Under the pieces are notes generated by a model. The model was given only the letters and a program-made list of their open reading frames with translations, ran no database searches and was not told where the DNA came from. From positions 1-11,844 of the forward strand of contig NW_021827041.1 in NCBI RefSeq assembly GCF_006345805.1: a DNA stretch of 11,844 nucleotides, read 5' to 3'. Shown here in pieces: positions 8,959 to 11,844 of this stretch. The stretch is from Octopus sinensis. Taxonomy: Eukaryota. Made by a program: the position numbers and the translations under genes. Position 1 is the stretch's first letter; each line of letters begins with the position of its first letter.

Positions 8959-9170
8959 GGTGGGGGCGGGGAGAAATCACGTAGTAACTCTGGAATAGTT
9001 GTGAGTACACATAACTGGATACCAATATATTATTGATTTCATAAACACGGCGCTGTGTTGACGTAGCTATGACGTGGCTATGACGTAACAATGACGTCGT
9101 TCTGCGAGCGGGAAGAAGTTTGTGAGGAAAAATTAGTGTTTACTTGAAGAGACACACGTGCGCATGCGTA
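8959..9170. promoter_or_regulatory. Putative promoter/enhancer motif cluster (GC box, 4x CRE/ATF-like TGACGT, E-box, NRF1-like)
   Basis: GGGGCGGGG 8963-8971; TGACGT at 9059, 9070, 9081 and 9092; CACGTG 9155-9160 overlapping TGCGCATGCG 9159-9168. Motif evidence only; no linked gene identified. Confidence 0.4.
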
Positions 9171-9371
9171 CAGAGATCCATAAATACAAACATAGATTGC
9201 CGTAGTTATTGCTTAAGCTTTCATGTTACATAAGTGACTCAAGCAACGAGAGTTTCGTGTGCTGTACTTGTTCCATACAATATATGTATGTACATCTTAC
9301 ACCCGTACACACGTCTGAGTGTGTAAAGGCGTGTGGGTGTGTAGGTGTGAGTTTGGGTGTGTGTGCATGTG

Positions 9372-9500
9372 TATTCTTTTATTCTTCTGCTCTTTTATTT
9401 GTTTCAGTCATTTGACTGCGGCCACGCTGGAGCACCGCCTTTACTCGAACAAATCGACACCAGGACTTATTCTTTGTAACCCTAGTACTTATTCTATTGG
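9372..9500 (-). mobile_element. 3' tail of a SINE (same family as 9858-10284), inverted
   Basis: Reverse complement of about 10155-10284: tttgtttcagtcatttgactgcggcca.gctggagcac.gccttta...ggacttattctttgtaa...agtacttattctat. Confidence 0.9.
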
Positions 9501-9575
9501 TATATATAATGAAAAATGTATATTATGTACTTTATTTACATTTGACAAATATTTGTCCTCACCTTGTTTGTTGTT

Positions 9576-9635
9576 AACACAACGTTTCGGCTGAAAACTT
9601 CTGTCCTTTAAACCTTCCACCCTTCACCAGGTGTC
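9576..9635 (-). ncRNA. Hammerhead-like motif, left arm of the foldback (core variant CUGGUGA)
   Basis: GACAC-CUGGUGA-A-GGGUGGAA...UUUCAGCC-GAAA-CG-UU-GUGUU. Stem I GACAC/GUGUU, imperfect stem II with a long loop, palindromic AACGUU. Confidence 0.5.
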
Positions 9636-9719
9636 TTGGAGAATATTTCGAACCTGGGTTCTCGTTCAACATCGAAAAATACCTTAGGAATGAGAACCCA
9701 GGTTCGAAATTTTCCCCAA

Positions 9720-9778
9720 GACACTGGTGAAGGGTGGAAGGTTTAAAGGACAGAAGTTTTCAGCCGAAACGTTGTGTT
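9720..9778 (+). ncRNA. Hammerhead-like motif, right arm of the foldback (core variant CUGGUGA, one C missing in stem I)
   Basis: GACA-CUGGUGA-A-GGGUGGAA...UUUCAGCC-GAAA-CG-UU-GUGUU. Confidence 0.45.
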
Positions 9779-9857
9779 AACAACAAACAAGGTGAGGACA
9801 AATATCCGTCAAATGTAAATAATGAAATATAATATACAATTTTCATTATATATATAT

Positions 9858-10279
9858 AGGCGCAGGAGTGGCTGTGTGGTAAGTAGCTTGCTAACCAACC
9901 ACATGGTTCCGGGTTCAGTCCCACTGCGTGGCATCTTGGGCAAGTGTCTTCTGCTATAGCACCGAGCCGACCAATGCCTTGTGAGTGGATTTGGTAGACG
10001 GAAACTGAAAGAAGCCTGTCGTATATATGTATATATATATATATATATGTATTTGCGTGTGTGTTTGTGTGTCTGTGTTTGTCCCCCTAGCATTGCATGA
10101 CAACCGATGCTGGTGTGTTTACATCCCCGTCAGCTAGCGGTTCGGCAAAAAGAGACCGATAGAATAAGTACTGGGCTTACAAAGAATAAGTCCCGGGGTC
10201 GAGTTGCTCGACTAAAGGCAGTGCTCCAGCATGGCCGCAGTCAAATGACTGAAACAAGTAAAAGAATAAAAGAGTAAAA

Positions 10280-10284
<5 letters not shown>
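9858..10284 (+). mobile_element. Full-length tRNA-derived SINE with an internal (TA)n/(TG)n microsatellite and an (AAAAGAAT)n-like tail
   Basis: A box TGGCTGTGTGG, B-box-like GGGTTCAGTCCC, CORE-like CATCTTGGGCAAGTGTCTTC, tail gtcaaatgactgaaacaagtaaaagaataaaagagtaaaagaat. Three further partial copies occur in the window. Confidence 0.9.
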
Positions 10285-10316
<32 letters not shown>

Positions 10317-10376
10317 CACGTACATACATTCACACATACATACATACATACAGACAGACAGACAGACAGACAGACT
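10283..10376. repeat. (TA)n, (TACA)n, (CAGA)n microsatellite
   Basis: Direct. Confidence 0.95.
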
Positions 10377-11090
10377 GAAATTCATGGCGTAGTGATTGCA
10401 AGTCAAATAACTTTACGGCAAAATGTAAAGAACGTGATGCCTTGGCAAAGCGTTAACTTAATTTCACGTTAGTTTTACGTCTCATTGTTGAAACTTTCAT
10501 TTTTGGAGGTAATTCCTAAGCAGCCGTGATTGGTGTGAGAACAAAATCCGATCGGTCAGATGATGGAGCTTTGAATTGAGACATTTTTTTTTTGCTTCTT
10601 CCTTTCGGTTGACTTCATCCGGTTTGTCGGTTGGTTAACTTCCGGCGGGGCGACAGCTTATGTTTTGCCGAATTAATCCGGTTCGGCTGTTTTCTCATAA
10701 TTATACAGATAAAATTTAGTTTTCTTACGGCGCTTTTCCTGTTTAGAATGTCAGATTTTGTTAATATTTGCAATACCTCCTTCTAACAGCCTCTCTAGAA
10801 AGTTCATCCGTTAATTTATTTGGTGTAGTGTCATTAAACATGTCACGAGTGTTTCTTAAAATTATTGACGTTGTGATAGATGCTATCTGTTTCACAGCTT
10901 CTTCTGGTGGAAAGTGGTCTTGTGATTGGTCAGTCCTCGGCGAAGATGGAGACAGATGGTTATTTAAAGATTAGTGAGATGTGACATGAAGACTTGATTG
11001 CCATTTCAAATTAAAAGCTAATGAAGTTAAATGAAGACAAGGGGGTAGATTTTCGGACACCCAGCTGAGAGGACCGGTGTTCGCGTCGCG

Positions 11091-11322
11091 TCTTTGCTAG
11101 TTTCAGTTAGTAGAGTGTGGCCATACTGGAGCACTGAAGAATTTCTAGAGGAATGAATCAATCTCAAGACTTATCGTTTAAAGCCTGGTACTTATTCTGT
11201 CATTCCTTATTTGCCGAACCGCTAGTTTAAGGGAATGTATACGCGGCAACACAAGTTGTCGAGTGGTGTGGGGGGCAAGCACAGACAAAGACGCACACAC
11301 ACATACACAAATACAAACACAC
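11091..11322 (-). mobile_element. Diverged 3' half of the 9858-10284 SINE family
   Basis: gtttcagt...tggccatactggagcactg...gcctggtacttattct...tttgccgaaccgcta...gttgtc...ggggggcaagcacagaca...(CA)n is the reverse complement of about 10060-10262. Confidence 0.8.
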
Positions 11323-11511
11323 ATTGTACCTTTAGTTGAGGCAGTGTCACACCGATATCACCTGATAATTACATTAAAGTTTTTGGAGTCTTCAGAATTC
11401 TTGGCCTGCTTCGACGTTAATTCAATGAGCTGACATATTAGTTGACCGAAACTCTGATGAACAGCCATGAGTAGACATTCTGAACATGAGGAACATGACA
11501 CACAAATAGAT

Positions 11512-11714
11512 ATACTCTTTTCTACTCTAGGCACAAGGACCGAAAGTTTGGGGGCGGGGGAGCAGTCGATTAGATCGACCCCAGTACGCAACTGGTACTT
11601 AATTTATTGACCCCGAAAGGATGAAAGTTAAAGTCGATCTCGACGGAATTTGAACTCAGAACGTAAAGGCAGACGAAATACGGCCACGCATTTCGCCCAA
11701 CGTGCTAACGTTTC
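11512..11714 (-). mobile_element. SINE copy, array-related family, tail type A
   Basis: Same head and central domain as the array (gaccccgaaaggatgaaag...ggaatttgaactcagaacgt...gcatttcgccc..cgtgctaacg) but a different tail (tactcttttctactctaggcacaaggaccgaaagtttggggg). Confidence 0.9.
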
Positions 11715-11844
11715 TTATTTCTTTACTGCCCACAAGGGGCGAAACATGGAGGGGACAAACAAGGATAGGCAAAGGGATTTAGTCGATAACATCGTCCCCA
11801 ATGCGTGACTGGTACTTAATTTATCGACCCCGAAAGGATGAAAG
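11715..11844 (-). mobile_element. SINE copy with the array-type tail (type B), running off the window end
   Basis: tatttctttactgcccacaagggg...ggacaaacaagga...gtcgat...actggtactt...gaccccgaaaggatgaaag matches the array unit. Confidence 0.9.

Larger units (their letters stand above)
9501..9856. mobile_element. Foldback element: ~167-bp inverted arms with a 20-bp spacer; probable Penelope-like inverted terminal repeat
   Basis: Arm 9501-9667 is the near-perfect reverse complement of about 9688-9856; spacer 9668-9687; flanked by (TA)n; each arm holds a hammerhead-like motif. Confidence 0.8.

Noticed and set aside
11420-11470. CTGATGA and GAAAC words suggesting a hammerhead
   Set aside because: GAAAC lies directly before CTGATGA with no room for the helices, and there is no stem II plus GAAA downstream.

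Overview
Repeat-dense, apparently non-genic animal DNA with no intact protein-coding gene. The SINE families and microsatellite load suggest a cephalopod (Octopus-like) genome; this is recognition from memory, not a search result. Most supplied ORFs are microsatellite or repeat artefacts. The window holds: (1) three decayed 3' fragments of restriction-like-endonuclease (RLE) non-LTR retrotransposons of R4/Dong type, two of them head-to-tail inside (TAA)n tracts; (2) several tRNA-derived SINE families, one inserted into the longest RLE fragment with a perfect 17-bp TSD; (3) a 2.4-kb array of 13 tandem ~184-bp SINE-body units behind a single tRNA-like head, bounded by one 16-bp TSD and showing a 4-unit higher-order repeat; (4) three minimal hammerhead-ribozyme-like motifs of the Penelope-like type, two of them in the arms of a ~355-bp foldback; (5) a promoter-like cluster with four TGACGT sites phased at exactly 11 bp.
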